Of a DNA stretch of 64,000 nucleotides, positions 1 to 10,069 are shown piece by piece; position 1 is the first letter of the stretch, and each line of letters opens with the position of its first letter. The notes under the pieces are model-generated. The model had not been told where the DNA came from and ran no database searches. It saw only the letters and a list, made by a program, of their open reading frames with translations. The DNA is from Bacteroidales bacterium Bact_11. GTDB lineage: Bacteria > Bacteroidota > Bacteroidia > Bacteroidales > UBA932. Location: contig LUZC01000012.1 of the NCBI GenBank assembly GCA_001603505.1, positions 10,725-74,724 of the forward strand, in the 5' to 3' direction. The translations under genes were made by a program, and so were the position numbers.

Positions 1-477
1 AAGGGTTCCCGTATCCACGGCATCGTACGTGAACTGCGCAACGAGAACATCGACATCATCAATTGGACAACCAACACCCAACTGCTTGTGCAGCGTGCTC
101 TTTCGCCCGCCAAGATTTCGGCCATCCGCATCGATGAGGAGAACAAGAGCATCCGCATCGACCTGGAAGCGAGCGAGCTGGCATTGGCCATCGGCCGCGG
201 CGGCAGCAACATCCTGCTGGCCGAACAGCTTTCCGGCTACAAGATCGACGTGTACCGCCTTGGCGACGACACCCAGGACGACGAGGAGGACGTGATGCTC
301 GACGATTTCTCCGACGAAATCGACGAATGGATCCTCGAAGCCCTCAAGGGCATCGGCTGCGATACCGCCAAGAGCGTGCTCGCCCTGCCCACCGAAGAGA
401 TCATGCGCCGGGCCGACCTCGAAGAAGAGACTGTACTCGATGTGCAGCGCATCCTGCGGGAAGAATTCGAAAACTAA
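1..477 (+). CDS. nusA: Transcription termination/antitermination factor NusA, C-terminal part (5' end lies outside the window)
   Basis: Frame 1 is open from base 1 (KGSRIHGIVRELRNENIDIINW...). KH-type motif LAIGRGGSNILLAEQL and an acidic C-terminus. Lies directly upstream of infB, as in the conserved nusA-infB operon. Stop TAA at 475-477. Confidence 0.9.
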   Translation, partial: KGSRIHGIVRELRNENIDIINWTTNTQLLVQRALSPAKISAIRIDEENKSIRIDLEASELALAIGRGGSNILLAEQLSGYKIDVYRLGDDTQDDEEDVMLDDFSDEIDEWILEALKGIGCDTAKSVLALPTEEIMRRADLEEETVLDVQRILREEFEN

Positions 478-504
478 TCCAATTTCATTACGGGAGAATC
501 AAGT

Positions 505-3264
505 ATGGCAGAAGGAACAATCAGAATCAACAAGATCCTCAAAGACTTCAACATCGGTCTGTCCACCCTGGCCGACTTCCTCAAGAAGAAAGGCGTCACG
601 GAAGAACTCACGCTTACCTCGAAGATTTCGGAAGACCTCTTCGCGCTGGTGGCCAAGGAGTTCGGAAAGGAACAGCTCATCAAGGAACAGTCGCGCAAGG
701 TAGCCATCAAAGTTAAGGAAATCACTGAGATGGACAGCAACCGTGTGGCGGAGGAAGAGGAACCGGTCAAGGAAATCCTCATCAAGACCCATGTGCTCAC
801 AGACCAGAAGAAGGTGGAAACTCCCGCACCGGAACCGGCCCCTGAGCCCGTGAAGAAAGCCCCGGTCAAAACACCTGCAACACCGAAAGCGGAGCCCGAA
901 AAACCGGAGGAAGAAAAAGCAGATGTTCCTGAAACGCCCAAGACCGAACTCAAGGTGGTCGGTCACATCGACTTATCGCCCAAGAAGAAAGCCGAACCCG
1001 AGCCCGCGCCGGAAAAGCCCGAGCCCGCACTCGAGCCTGAGGTGAAAGAGGAGAAAAAGCCCGAGAAGAAGGAGGAGCGTCCCGTCATCGAGCACATCGA
1101 GACCAAAGTGGAGAAACTTGCCGGGCCGAAGACCGTCGGCACCATCGACCTCTCGAAATTCGAGAAGAAACCCGCCACGGCCGATCACGGCAAGAAAGAC
1201 AAGAACAAGCGCGAGCGCATCCACAAGGGAACCGCCAAGGTGGACATCAGCAACCCGAAAAACAGCATCGCCAAGACCAACGGAAAGGACAATAAAGACA
1301 ATGTCCGCGGCAAAGCCGCCAAGAAGGGCGAACGCTTCAAGGCCGTCCGTCCGGAATTCGACAGCGACGAGATCCAGAAGCAGATCAAGGAGACCTACGC
1401 CCGCATGACCGAAGGCCACGGCAAGACCAAGACCTCGAAGCACCGCCGCGAGAAACGCGAAGAGATCTCCCTGAAGATGCAGGAAGAGCAGGAACGCCAG
1501 GAACTCACCAGCAACGTGCTCAAAGTCACGGAATTCGTGACCGTCAACGAGCTGGCCATCCTGATGAACAACACGCCCGTCACCAAGGTCATCGAAGCAT
1601 GCATGAACCTCGGCCTGATGGTGTCGATCAACCAGCGTCTCGACGCGGAGGCCATGGTGCTCGTGGCCGAAGAGTTCGGCTACAAGATCGAATTCGTGAC
1701 GGCCGAGATCCAGGGCGCCATCGCCCAGGAGGAAGACCGCGAAGAGGATCTCCAGCCGCGTCCGCCGATCGTCACCGTGATGGGTCACGTGGACCACGGC
1801 AAGACCTCGTTGCTCGACTACATCCGCAAGACCAACGTCATCGCCGGCGAGGCGGGCGGCATCACGCAGCACATCGGCGCCTATCATGTGGAACTCCCCG
1901 ACGGACGCGCCATCACCTTCCTCGACACCCCGGGTCACGAAGCGTTCACCGCCATGCGTGCCCGCGGCGCCAAGGTCACCGACCTGGCCATCATCATCAT
2001 CGCGGCCGACGACGCCGTGATGCCGCAGACGGTCGAGGCCATCAGCCACGCACAGGCTGCAGGCGTCCCGATGATCTTTGCCATCAACAAGATCGACAAG
2101 CCGGGCGCCAATCCCGACAAGATCAAGGAACAGCTGGCGAACATGAACATCCTGGTGGAAGACTGGGGCGGCAAGTACCAGTGCCAGGAAATCGCCGCCA
2201 AGAAAGGCATCAACGTCGACCAGCTGCTGGAAAAAGTCCTGCTGGAAGCCGACATGCTGGAACTCAAGGCGAACCCGAACAAACTCGCAGTGGGCAACAT
2301 CATCGAGTCGTCGCTCGACAAGGGCCGCGGCTACCTGGCCACCGTGCTTGTGCAGAGCGGTACGCTCCACGTGGGCGACCCGATCGTGGCCGGCTGCTAT
2401 GCAGGCCGCGTTAAGGCCATGTTCAACGAACGCGGCCAGCGCCTCAAGGAAGCCGGTCCTTCCACGCCGGTCTCCGTGCTCGGCCTGAGCGGCGCGCCGA
2501 CCGCCGGCGACACCCTCAACGCCATGGAGGACGAGAAGGAAGCCCGCGACGTGGCCAACAAGCGCGAGCAGCTCATCCGCATCCAGGGCATAAAGACCCA
2601 GACGCACATCACCCTCGAAGAGATCGGCCGCCGCATCGCGCTCGGCAACTTCCAGGAGCTCAACATCATCGTCAAGGCCGACGTGGACGGTTCCATCGAG
2701 GCCCTGTCCGACTCCCTCATCAAGCTCTCGACCGAGGAGATTCATGTCAACGTGATCCACAAGGCCGTGGGCGCCATCTCCGAATCGGATGTCCTGCTGG
2801 CCGTGGCGTCGAACGCCATCATCATCGGCTTCCAGGTGCGCCCGATGCCGAATGCCCGAAAGCTCGCCGAGAAAGAGCAGATTGAAATCCGCCTCTACTC
2901 GGTCATCTACGACGCCATCAATGAAGTCAAGAGCGGTATCGAGGGTATGCTCGCACCGGAGGAAAAAGAGGAAGTCACCGCCAACGCCGAGGTCCTCGAG
3001 ACCTTCAAGATTTCGAAGGTGGGTACGATCGCCGGATGTATGGTCCGCGACGGCAAGCTTACCCGCAATGCGAAGGTCCGCGTGATCCGCGACGGCATCG
3101 TGGTGTACACAGGCTCGCTGGGCTCGCTCAAGCGCCTGAAGGACGATGTCAAGGAAGTCGCCGCCGGATTCGACTGCGGTCTGAGCGTCGACGGATTCAA
3201 CGACATCAAGATCGGCGACATGATCGAAGCCTACCAGATCGTGGAAGTCAAACGCAAACTGTAA
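505..3264 (+). CDS. infB: Translation initiation factor IF-2
   Basis: 919-aa ORF with GTPase motifs [13 protein letters not shown] and NKID. Long Lys/Glu/Pro-rich N-terminal region. Follows nusA. Confidence 0.97.
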   Translation: MAEGTIRINKILKDFNIGLSTLADFLKKKGVTEELTLTSKISEDLFALVAKEFGKEQLIKEQSRKVAIKVKEITEMDSNRVAEEEEPVKEILIKTHVLTDQKKVETPAPEPAPEPVKKAPVKTPATPKAEPEKPEEEKADVPETPKTELKVVGHIDLSPKKKAEPEPAPEKPEPALEPEVKEEKKPEKKEERPVIEHIETKVEKLAGPKTVGTIDLSKFEKKPATADHGKKDKNKRERIHKGTAKVDISNPKNSIAKTNGKDNKDNVRGKAAKKGERFKAVRPEFDSDEIQKQIKETYARMTEGHGKTKTSKHRREKREEISLKMQEEQERQELTSNVLKVTEFVTVNELAILMNNTPVTKVIEACMNLGLMVSINQRLDAEAMVLVAEEFGYKIEFVTAEIQGAIAQEEDREEDLQPRPPIVTVMGHVDHGKTSLLDYIRKTNVIAGEAGGITQHIGAYHVELPDGRAITFLDTPGHEAFTAMRARGAKVTDLAIIIIAADDAVMPQTVEAISHAQAAGVPMIFAINKIDKPGANPDKIKEQLANMNILVEDWGGKYQCQEIAAKKGINVDQLLEKVLLEADMLELKANPNKLAVGNIIESSLDKGRGYLATVLVQSGTLHVGDPIVAGCYAGRVKAMFNERGQRLKEAGPSTPVSVLGLSGAPTAGDTLNAMEDEKEARDVANKREQLIRIQGIKTQTHITLEEIGRRIALGNFQELNIIVKADVDGSIEALSDSLIKLSTEEIHVNVIHKAVGAISESDVLLAVASNAIIIGFQVRPMPNARKLAEKEQIEIRLYSVIYDAINEVKSGIEGMLAPEEKEEVTANAEVLETFKISKVGTIAGCMVRDGKLTRNAKVRVIRDGIVVYTGSLGSLKRLKDDVKEVAAGFDCGLSVDGFNDIKIGDMIEAYQIVEVKRKL

Positions 3265-3267
3265 CTC

Positions 3268-4602
3268 ATGGATCCCCTGCAGGCCATTTCCCCCGTCGAC
3301 GGCCGCTATGCGTCGAAGACGTCCGAACTTTCGGCTTTCTTCTCCGAATACGCCCTGATGCGCTACCGCGTGCTGGTGGAAGTGGAGTATTTCATCGCTC
3401 TGTGCGAACTCCCGCTGCCGCAGCTCCGCGATATCGACCCCGACGTCTTCCCCGCCCTGCGCGCCCTCTACGGCGACTTCCAGGTGGAAGACGCCGCCCG
3501 GATCAAAGAGATCGAGCGCCGCACCAACCATGATGTCAAGGCCGTGGAGTATTTCCTGAAGGAACGCTTCGCGCAGCTCGGCATCGAACGCTTCGGCGAA
3601 TTCATCCACTTCGGGCTCACCTCGCAGGATATCAACAACACGGCTACGCCGCTCTCGCTCAAGGAAGCGATCGCAGAGGTGTATCTTCCCGCCCTGCGCG
3701 AACTGTTGGGCATGCTCTCCGAACGCGCCGCCCTGTGGGCCGACGTGCCGATGCTCGCCCATACCCACGGGCAGCCCGCTTCCCCCACCCGCCTAGGCAA
3801 GGAGCTGGAGGTGTTCGTGGTCCGGCTCAAGGAGCAGATCCGCCAGCTGGAAGCCCGCCCCTATCCCGGCAAATTCGGCGGTGCAACGGGCAACCTCAAC
3901 GCCCACGCGGTAGCCTATCCCGACATCGACTGGAACGGCTTTGCAGAAAGTTTCGTTGCCTCGCTGGGCCTGAAACGATCCTGGCCCACCACCCAGATCG
4001 ACCACTACGACAACCTGTCGGCTATCTTCGACGCGCTGCGCCGCATCAATACGGTGCTTGTGGACCTGAGCCGCGACTGTTGGATGTATATCTCCATGGA
4101 GTACTTCGGCCAGACGGTCGTGGACGGCGAAGTGGGTTCTTCCACGATGCCCCACAAGATCAATCCCATCGACTTCGAGAACGCAGAAGGCAACCTTACC
4201 TACGCGAATGCCATCTACAACTACCTCTCGGAGAAGTTGCCGGTTTCGCGCCTGCAGCGCGACCTCACCGACTCCACGGTATCGCGCAACATCGGTGTGC
4301 CCATCGCCCATTCGCTGATAGCCATCCGGTCGCTGGAAAAAGGCATCGGCAAGCTCATCCTCAACGAAGAGAAAGTGGCGGGCGACCTCGAGGCCAACTG
4401 GGCCGTCGTCGCCGAAGGCATCCAGACCATCCTGCGCCGGGAGGGATTCCCCAAGCCGTACGAGGCGCTCAAGGCGCTCACGCGCACCGGACACCATATT
4501 ACCAAGGAAGCCATCTGGCATTTCATCGAAGACCTCGACGTGTCCGAATCGGTCAAGGCCGAGCTCCACGCCATCACGCCGAACACTTACACAGGCATTT
4601 AG
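3268..4602 (+). CDS. purB: Adenylosuccinate lyase
   Basis: 444 aa. Fumarate-lyase family signature SSTMPHKINP. N-terminus ISPVDGRYASKT is typical of PurB. Confidence 0.95.
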   Translation: MDPLQAISPVDGRYASKTSELSAFFSEYALMRYRVLVEVEYFIALCELPLPQLRDIDPDVFPALRALYGDFQVEDAARIKEIERRTNHDVKAVEYFLKERFAQLGIERFGEFIHFGLTSQDINNTATPLSLKEAIAEVYLPALRELLGMLSERAALWADVPMLAHTHGQPASPTRLGKELEVFVVRLKEQIRQLEARPYPGKFGGATGNLNAHAVAYPDIDWNGFAESFVASLGLKRSWPTTQIDHYDNLSAIFDALRRINTVLVDLSRDCWMYISMEYFGQTVVDGEVGSSTMPHKINPIDFENAEGNLTYANAIYNYLSEKLPVSRLQRDLTDSTVSRNIGVPIAHSLIAIRSLEKGIGKLILNEEKVAGDLEANWAVVAEGIQTILRREGFPKPYEALKALTRTGHHITKEAIWHFIEDLDVSESVKAELHAITPNTYTGI

Positions 4603-4642
4603 CCGTCTTTAAGACGCAACATTTACCCGTTATTTTGCATCT

Positions 4643-4675
4643 AAGGTGTGTATTTAGCATTACACACCTTTTTTT
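4643..4675 (+). terminator. Rho-independent terminator after purB
   Basis: Perfect 10-bp stem AAGGTGTGTA/TACACACCTT (4643-4652 and 4661-4670), 8-nt loop, followed by TTTTT. Confidence 0.7.
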
Positions 4676-4681
4676 GCTCGC

Positions 4682-5248
4682 ATGAAACGATTTGTTCTTG
4701 TACTCACTGTCCTGGGCATGGCCTTATCGGCAAATGCCCAGCGCTGGACGATATGGTATGGTGTCAACCTTTCCAATGAAATGAAGAACGGAGCCCTCAA
4801 GGAGTGGCATTTCGCCAATGGCGGCGTGGACTATACAATCCCCGTCTCGCACTTGGATTTCACCATCGGCGCCGGACTGAATACGACCGGCGGCCGGCGG
4901 CGGATCAATTATGCGCAATTGGAGAGCAATGCGGGGTACCGTTTCGTTGACTCACCGAAAGGCTTGAAATTATCCGCCATCGCCGGGCCTTATCTGGGAA
5001 TCAAGGTGGCCGACGACCGAAATGATTATGCGCCCTTACCCCCCGCCGTCAAGCCTGTTACCTGCGGATGGCAGGCGGGCGTGGTGATGCGGTTCAGGCC
5101 CATCTCGCTGAAGGTCGGTTATGAGCAGGCACTCGTGGGATATTACGATGCTTCTGTCTCGTCACAATACTATAAGGCAGACGGACAACCGGCCTACCCG
5201 ACCACAAGGCCCCACTCCCTCTTCATCCGTCTCGGATTTACTTTTTAG
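4682..5248 (+). CDS. Small outer-membrane beta-barrel protein (porin-family/OmpW-like), function unknown
   Basis: Signal peptide MKRFVLVLTVLGMALSANAQ. Alternating hydrophobic pattern. C-terminal ...IRLGFTF ends in Phe, as in OM beta-barrels. Confidence 0.65.
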   Translation: MKRFVLVLTVLGMALSANAQRWTIWYGVNLSNEMKNGALKEWHFANGGVDYTIPVSHLDFTIGAGLNTTGGRRRINYAQLESNAGYRFVDSPKGLKLSAIAGPYLGIKVADDRNDYAPLPPAVKPVTCGWQAGVVMRFRPISLKVGYEQALVGYYDASVSSQYYKADGQPAYPTTRPHSLFIRLGFTF

Positions 5249-5270
5249 AAGCGCTATCTATTGAAGAAAT

Positions 5271-5354
5271 AAAAGGAAAAGGCGACTCGCTGCAGTGCGG
5301 GTCGCCTTATCCTTTAACCTAAAACTTAACCTATGAAAAAACTATTCGTTCGAT
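5271..5354 (-). ncRNA. Candidate ~84-nt sigma-54-dependent small RNA (copy A)
   Basis: Predicted start is about 12 nt downstream of the -12 GC. Ends at the hairpin 5281-5306 plus a U-rich tail (minus strand TTTTCCTTTT). No ORF. The core is duplicated at 10565-10644. Confidence 0.35.
5281..5306. terminator. Bidirectional intrinsic terminator hairpin between convergent genes (OM protein + / PPIase -)
   Basis: GGCGACTCGC-TGCAGT-GCGGGTCGCC. The stem is 10 bp (one G-U) on the + strand and 6+3 bp with a C-A mismatch on the - strand. An A-rich tract lies on one side and a T-rich tract on the other. Confidence 0.7.
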
Positions 5355-5365
5355 TTATAGGTTAA

Positions 5366-5380
5366 GCAAAGCGCGTGCCA
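5366..5380 (-). promoter_or_regulatory. Sigma-54 (-24/-12) type promoter motif TGGCACG-CGCT-TTGC
   Basis: The minus strand reads TTTGGCACGCGCTTTGCTT: TGGCAC at 5380-5375, a 5-nt spacer, TTGC at 5369-5366. It matches the TGGCACG-N4-TTGCW consensus. rpoN is encoded in the window. Confidence 0.5.
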
Positions 5381-5387
5381 AAGTTTT

Positions 5388-6074
5388 TTAATTCGCCGGA
5401 GTAATCGAAATAATCTGCACCTTGTTGACCGGGCGGTCGCGCGGATCGGTTTTTTCAGCCGCGATCTTGTCGATTACCGAGAGACCGTCCACCACTTCTC
5501 CGAAGATGGTGTATTCGCCGTCGAGGTGGGCGCAGTTGTCGGGATCGTGGACGATGTAGAACTGGGAGCCGGACGATTCCTTGGCCGGATTCACCATATC
5601 GCCGCGACGGGCGGCAGCCAGCGCGCCTTTCTTGTGGGTCAGGCCGGGCACGATCTCCGCCGGAATGGTATAACCCGGTCCTCCGGTGCCAAACTGGGCT
5701 ATCTTGGTAGAATCCTTGGTGAACGGATCGCCGCCCTGGATCATGAAACCTTTGATGATCCGGTGGAACAGCAGGCCGTTGTAGAAGCCGGACTTCGCCA
5801 GTTTGACGAAATTGTCGCGGTGAAGCGGCGTTTCCGAATAGAGTTTGACGGTCATGGTTCCGTCGGTGGTCTTGATGGTCAACTTCGGCTCTTCGCCGAG
5901 AGCGGCCCACTTGTCGGCGGGCACAGCAGGTGCTTCGTTCATAGTTGTTAGTTCTTGAGTCTCTTCGATGGCCTCGTCGGGATTGGCATCAAGTCCCGGT
6001 TTCGAGTCGTTACCCTTGCCGCAACCGGCCATAAGGACAGCCGCCGCAAGGAAGTAAATGCATATCCGTTTCAT
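5388..6074 (-). CDS. Peptidyl-prolyl cis-trans isomerase, cyclophilin type, lipoprotein
   Basis: Lipobox ...VLMAGC. Cyclophilin motifs FHRIIKGFMIQGGDP and GTGGPGYTIPAE. Confidence 0.9.
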   Translation of the reverse strand: MKRICIYFLAAAVLMAGCGKGNDSKPGLDANPDEAIEETQELTTMNEAPAVPADKWAALGEEPKLTIKTTDGTMTVKLYSETPLHRDNFVKLAKSGFYNGLLFHRIIKGFMIQGGDPFTKDSTKIAQFGTGGPGYTIPAEIVPGLTHKKGALAAARRGDMVNPAKESSGSQFYIVHDPDNCAHLDGEYTIFGEVVDGLSVIDKIAAEKTDPRDRPVNKVQIISITPAN

Positions 6075-6108
6075 CCGTCAATAAACGTTTTAAGCTGTTT
6101 TTACTGCC

Positions 6109-6116
6109 CAAATTTA
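6109..6116 (-). promoter_or_regulatory. Bacteroidota -7 promoter box TAaaTTTG (PPIase gene)
   Basis: The minus strand reads TAAATTTG, 35 nt upstream of the ATG at 6074. Confidence 0.5.
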
Positions 6117-6128
6117 GCGATAATTTCG

Positions 6129-6136
6129 TATTTTTG
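6129..6136 (+). promoter_or_regulatory. Bacteroidota -7 promoter box TAttTTTG (flippase-like gene)
   Basis: TATTTTTG lies back-to-back with the minus-strand box at 6109-6116, 19 nt before the proposed GTG start. Confidence 0.5.
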
Positions 6137-6155
6137 TAAAGTTAAACTGCATTTC

Positions 6156-7631
6156 GTGGCGAACCCCATCAAACAACTTGCCGGCGAAACTGCCATCTAC
6201 GGACTGAGTACCATCCTGGCCCGCGTCATCAACTTTGCGCTCGTCCCGCTGTACACGCGCGTGCTGACGCAGACGCAATACGGTGTGTTCTCGGAGTTCA
6301 TGGCCTACATCGCCATGCTGCAGGTGGTGCTTACGCTCGGCCTGGAGACGGGATGCTTCCGCTATGCCAGCAAAGAAGGTGCCGATCCGAAACGGGTGTT
6401 CTCCAATGCATTCGTCACGGTATTCGGCGTCTGTGCCCTTTTCTTGGCCTGCCTGATAGCCTTTTCCGGCGAAATAGCCACCGGCTTCGGCTACCCCGGC
6501 TTCGACAACCTGATCATTTACTGTGGGCTTATCCTGCTGATCGACTGTACGACGGCCATTCTGTTCGCCAAACTGCGGCACGAACACAAGGCCTTGAAAT
6601 TCGCCGTCATCAAGACGATCAAGATCCTCACGGAAGTTGGTGTGAACCTGCTGCTCTACCTGGTGATGGCCGCCCGGTTCGCCACCAACCCCGATCATTG
6701 GCTCACCCGGTTCGTCAGCGCGTCGCCCGACTTCACCTACCCCATCTTCGCCATTCTGATCAGCTGCCTCGTGTGCCTGGTGCTGATTGCTCCTGATCTT
6801 CTGAAACTCACCTTCCGGCTCGACGGGAAACTCATCCGCCGGCTCCTCGCCTATTCGCTGCCATTGATGATCGCAGGCCTGCCGGGCATCATGAACGACG
6901 TGCTCGACCGCGTGCTGATGCGTTTCATCAACGCTGATCCCGTGAACTGGCGCGCCGACCTGGGCGTGTACCAGGCGGCCGTCAAGCTGGCCGTCATCAT
7001 GCAATTGTTCGTGCAGATGTTCCGCTATGCCGCTGAACCGTTCTTTTTTCAACGGGAGCGCGACAAGGACAGCAAAAAAATCTACGCCGACGTGTTGAAC
7101 TACTTCACAGCCTTCTGCATGTTCGGTTTCGTGGTGCTGATGCTCTTCATGGACGAGATCGGCCTGCTGCTGGGCAAGGACTTCCGGGTGGGACTCTCCA
7201 TCACGCCCATCATGCTCATGGCCTACGTGATTACGGGCGTGCTGTTCAATGTGAATATCTGGTACAAGCTTTCGGAAAAAACGGGCTATGCCGTCTGGAT
7301 TACCCTGGCGGGACTGGTGGTGACCATCGTGGTCAACCTCCTTTTCATGCCGAAATATTCCTATCACGCGGCCGCGTGGGGGCATATCGCCAGCTACCTG
7401 ACGATGCTGGTCCTTACAGCCTGGCTGGGACGCAGGCACTATCCGATTCCATACAACTGGGGCGTGGTGCTCCTGCTGACAGCGGCAGGCCTCGGAACAT
7501 GGGGTGTCAGCCGCCTGTTGCCCGAAATGGACCTGTGGATCAAAATCATCGTGCATTTGCTGCTGGTACTGGTCTATCTTGGGCTTGCATTTATTATATT
7601 TGTATTCCATAAGAAGAAATCCGCCGCATGA
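6156..7631 (+). CDS. MOP-superfamily oligosaccharide/polysaccharide flippase (Wzx/MurJ-like), about 12 TM
   Basis: Polytopic membrane protein; the N-terminus [36 protein letters not shown] is typical of polysaccharide-biosynthesis flippases. The ORF-track start at 5955 overlaps the PPIase gene and both promoter boxes. The in-frame GTG at 6156 is proposed instead; the start remains uncertain. Confidence 0.72.
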   Translation: MANPIKQLAGETAIYGLSTILARVINFALVPLYTRVLTQTQYGVFSEFMAYIAMLQVVLTLGLETGCFRYASKEGADPKRVFSNAFVTVFGVCALFLACLIAFSGEIATGFGYPGFDNLIIYCGLILLIDCTTAILFAKLRHEHKALKFAVIKTIKILTEVGVNLLLYLVMAARFATNPDHWLTRFVSASPDFTYPIFAILISCLVCLVLIAPDLLKLTFRLDGKLIRRLLAYSLPLMIAGLPGIMNDVLDRVLMRFINADPVNWRADLGVYQAAVKLAVIMQLFVQMFRYAAEPFFFQRERDKDSKKIYADVLNYFTAFCMFGFVVLMLFMDEIGLLLGKDFRVGLSITPIMLMAYVITGVLFNVNIWYKLSEKTGYAVWITLAGLVVTIVVNLLFMPKYSYHAAAWGHIASYLTMLVLTAWLGRRHYPIPYNWGVVLLLTAAGLGTWGVSRLLPEMDLWIKIIVHLLLVLVYLGLAFIIFVFHKKKSAA

Positions 7632-8062
7632 AAGTCAAGATCGTGAACCATTCCCCGTTCGATCTCCCGGCTTATGCCACGCCACAATCAGCCGGCATGG
7701 ATCTTCGGGCCGACCTCAAGGAGCCCGTCGTCCTCGCTCCGCTGGAGCGCACCCTGGTCCCCACCGGGCTGCATATCGAGTTGCCCGCAGGCTTTGAGGC
7801 CCAGGTACGCCCCCGCAGCGGACTTGCCGCCAAGTACGGCATCTCGATTGTCAACGCGCCCGGTACCATCGACGCCGACTATCGCGGTGAAATCAAAGTG
7901 ATCCTCGTCAATCTTTCTAACGAGCCCTTTGCGATCGAGCCCGGTGAACGCATCGCCCAGATGGTGGTAGCACGTCACGAACAAGTGGAATGGGAGCCCG
8001 TAGAAACACTGGAAGAAAGTGAGCGCGGCAGCGGAGGATTCGGATCAACCGGTAAACAATAG
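7628..8062 (+). CDS. dut: dUTP diphosphatase
   Basis: 144 aa. Motifs [18 protein letters not shown] and [14 protein letters not shown] overlap with the upstream gene. Confidence 0.95.
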   Translation: MKVKIVNHSPFDLPAYATPQSAGMDLRADLKEPVVLAPLERTLVPTGLHIELPAGFEAQVRPRSGLAAKYGISIVNAPGTIDADYRGEIKVILVNLSNEPFAIEPGERIAQMVVARHEQVEWEPVETLEESERGSGGFGSTGKQ

Positions 8063-8071
8063 CAGTCAGCC

Positions 8072-9400
8072 ATGATATCAGTAGAGGAGCTATACGCACT
8101 GTATAAGAGGTGCTCGGGAATTACGACAGACAGCCGCAACATCAAAGACGGCATGATGTTCTTTGCCCTGAAAGGCGACAAGTTCGACGGAAACGACTTC
8201 GCACTGGACGCGCTCAAAGCGGGCGCCCGCTATGCAGTGGTCGACCGCTTCTTGCTGGAAGGCACTTCCTACCGGGGGCGCAAATGCATCGTGGTGGAGA
8301 ACTCGTTGGAAATGCTGCAGAAGATGGCCGCCTACCACCGCCGCCAGTTCGACATTCCCGTGATCGGCATCACCGGCACCAATGGGAAGACCACGACGAA
8401 GGAGCTCGTGGCTGCGGTGCTTGCGAAAAAATATGACCTGGTCGCCACGCAGGCCAATTTCAACAACCACATCGGTGTGCCACTCACCCTCTTTCGCATC
8501 GACGAGCGCACCGACCTGGCCGTCGTGGAGATGGGCGCCAGCGCTCCCGGCGAAATCGCCGATCTCACGAAGATCGTACAGCCCACCTGCGGCCTGATTA
8601 CCACCGTGGGCAAGGCACACCTGCAGGGATTCGGGTCGTTCGAGGGTGTCAAGAAAGCCAAAGGCGAACTCTACGACATCCTCCGCCAAAGGGGCGGCGT
8701 GGTGTTCTACAACGCCGACAACCCGAACCTGCGCGAAATGGTAGCGCACCGCCCCGGCCTGTGCACCCGGAAATACGGCGTGAAGGAACAGGGTGTCCAG
8801 ATTCTGCCCGCCACTGCCGAAGAACCCTTCCTGCGTCTGTCTTTCGAGCACGAGGGTAAACCCATCACCATCGCCACGCACCTGGTGGGCGACTACAATG
8901 CCGACAATGTGATGGCCGCCTTGTCCATCGCCGAGGCTTATGAAGTTCCGTTTTCCAAGGCCGTCGCTGCCATCGAGGCATACGTGCCTTCCAATAGCCG
9001 CAGCCAACTCGTCAAAACAGGACTCAACACCCTGATCATCGACGCCTACAACGCCAATCCCTCCAGCATGCGCGCTGCGCTCGACAATTTCGCAGGCACG
9101 GACTTCCCCAATAAGGTGCTGATGCTGGGCGATATGCTGGAACTGGGCCCCGATTCAGCCGAAGAGCACCGCGCCATCCTCCGCCATGCGCTGGAAACGG
9201 CGCCGATGACCTATGTGGTGGGATCGGAATTCGGCGGCATCGTCGCCTCTGTGGAGACCACACCGCTGCAGCAGGTCCAGGCGTTCCCCGACATCGACGC
9301 GCTCAAGGCCTACGTGCTGGAGCATCCCCTGCAGGACTGCACCATCCTGATCAAGGGTTCGAACGGCAACCACATGCAGCGAATCGTCGACGCCCTGTAA
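8072..9400 (+). CDS. murF: UDP-N-acetylmuramoyl-tripeptide--D-alanyl-D-alanine ligase
   Basis: Mur ligase P-loop [13 protein letters not shown] and DAYNANPSSM motif. 442 aa. Confidence 0.92.
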   Translation: MISVEELYALYKRCSGITTDSRNIKDGMMFFALKGDKFDGNDFALDALKAGARYAVVDRFLLEGTSYRGRKCIVVENSLEMLQKMAAYHRRQFDIPVIGITGTNGKTTTKELVAAVLAKKYDLVATQANFNNHIGVPLTLFRIDERTDLAVVEMGASAPGEIADLTKIVQPTCGLITTVGKAHLQGFGSFEGVKKAKGELYDILRQRGGVVFYNADNPNLREMVAHRPGLCTRKYGVKEQGVQILPATAEEPFLRLSFEHEGKPITIATHLVGDYNADNVMAALSIAEAYEVPFSKAVAAIEAYVPSNSRSQLVKTGLNTLIIDAYNANPSSMRAALDNFAGTDFPNKVLMLGDMLELGPDSAEEHRAILRHALETAPMTYVVGSEFGGIVASVETTPLQQVQAFPDIDALKAYVLEHPLQDCTILIKGSNGNHMQRIVDAL

Positions 9401-9428
9401 AAAAGATTTGTAATTCAAAATTTATCCG

Positions 9429-9436
9429 TATCTTTG
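9429..9436 (+). promoter_or_regulatory. -7 promoter box TAtcTTTG (rpsP-rimM)
   Basis: TATCTTTG lies 70 nt upstream of the rpsP ATG. Confidence 0.55.
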
Positions 9437-9506
9437 CAGGCCTTTCCTCGAGAAGGAAGGGAAGTTAGAATTATTGTACTGATTGTTAACTTAAAACCCA
9501 TTTAAA

Positions 9507-10064
9507 ATGGCTGTTAAAATCCGCCTTTCGCGTCACGGCAAGAAGAACTACGCGTATTTCCACATTGTCGTTGCTGACGCACGCGCACCGCGCGACGGCC
9601 GTCTGATCGAACAGATCGGCCTCTACAACCCGAATACCAACCCCGCTACCATCGTCCTCGACGGTGAGCGCGCCCTCGACTGGCTCAACAAAGGTGCCCA
9701 GCCGACCACTACGGCCCGCCGCATCCTGTCGTACGAAGGTGTTCTTCTCAAGAAGCACCTCCAGGGTGGTGTAGCCAAGGGCGCTTTCACGCAGGAAGAG
9801 GCTGACCGCCGTTTCGCTGCCTGGAAGGGTCAGAAAGATTCCAAGGTCGCTACGAAGAAGCAGACCATCGCCAACGCCGCCGTCGAAGCCGCCAAGGCTG
9901 CCGTCAAGGCTGAAGCCAAAGTCAACACCGAACGCGCCGAGGCTATCGCCAAGAAGAAGGCCGAGATCGCCGCTGCTGCCGAAGCAGCCGCCAAGGCCGC
10001 TGCAGAAGAAGCTGCCGCCGCTGCCGCGGAAGCAGAAGCTCCTGCCGAGAATCCGGAAGCCTAA
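9507..10064 (+). CDS. rpsP: 30S ribosomal protein S16 with a long Ala/Lys/Glu-rich C-terminal extension
   Basis: N-terminus [32 protein letters not shown] is canonical S16. About 100 extra low-complexity residues follow. Confidence 0.95.
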   Translation: MAVKIRLSRHGKKNYAYFHIVVADARAPRDGRLIEQIGLYNPNTNPATIVLDGERALDWLNKGAQPTTTARRILSYEGVLLKKHLQGGVAKGAFTQEEADRRFAAWKGQKDSKVATKKQTIANAAVEAAKAAVKAEAKVNTERAEAIAKKKAEIAAAAEAAAKAAAEEAAAAAAEAEAPAENPEA

Positions 10065-10069
10065 TCGGG

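Larger units (their letters stand above)
5271..5383 (-). repeat. Copy A of a ~110-nt intergenic element (sigma-54-like promoter, conserved core, terminator); inverted relative to copy B at 10537-10644
   Basis: The reverse complement aligns with 10537-10644: 51 nt are identical, there is 1 mismatch in the promoter part, a 5-nt indel, and differences in the terminator loop and stem. Confidence 0.9.

Noticed and set aside
700-1200. Repetitive-looking Pro/Glu/Lys/Ala coding stretches (infB N-terminus; S16 C-terminal tail at 9800-10064), considered as tandem DNA repeats or a CRISPR-like array.
   Set aside because: They are in-frame low-complexity protein segments with no exact DNA periodicity or repeat-spacer structure. 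Extended IF-2 N-termini and S16 tails are common in this phylum. No CRISPR array is present anywhere in the window.
973-3768. 931-aa ORF antisense to infB. Similar very long antisense or out-of-frame ORFs occur at 6114-7610, 10865-12082, 19302-20462, 23973-25457, 31471-32835, 35280-37475, 39107-40372, 42666-43934, 44053-45303, 47755-49395, 54074-55273 and 58198-59643.
   Set aside because: These are shadow ORFs, typical of GC-rich DNA with strong GC3 bias. Each lies entirely opposite or inside a gene with clear family motifs. Their translations are low-complexity (rich in G/R/H/D/V/A) with no recognisable domains, signal peptides or promoter boxes.
5955-6155. N-terminal 67-aa extension of the flippase-like ORF in the track.
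   Set aside because: It overlaps the 5' end of the cyclophilin gene on the other strand and runs through both divergent -7 promoter boxes. The flippase-like hydrophobic sequence begins only after the in-frame GTG at 6156.
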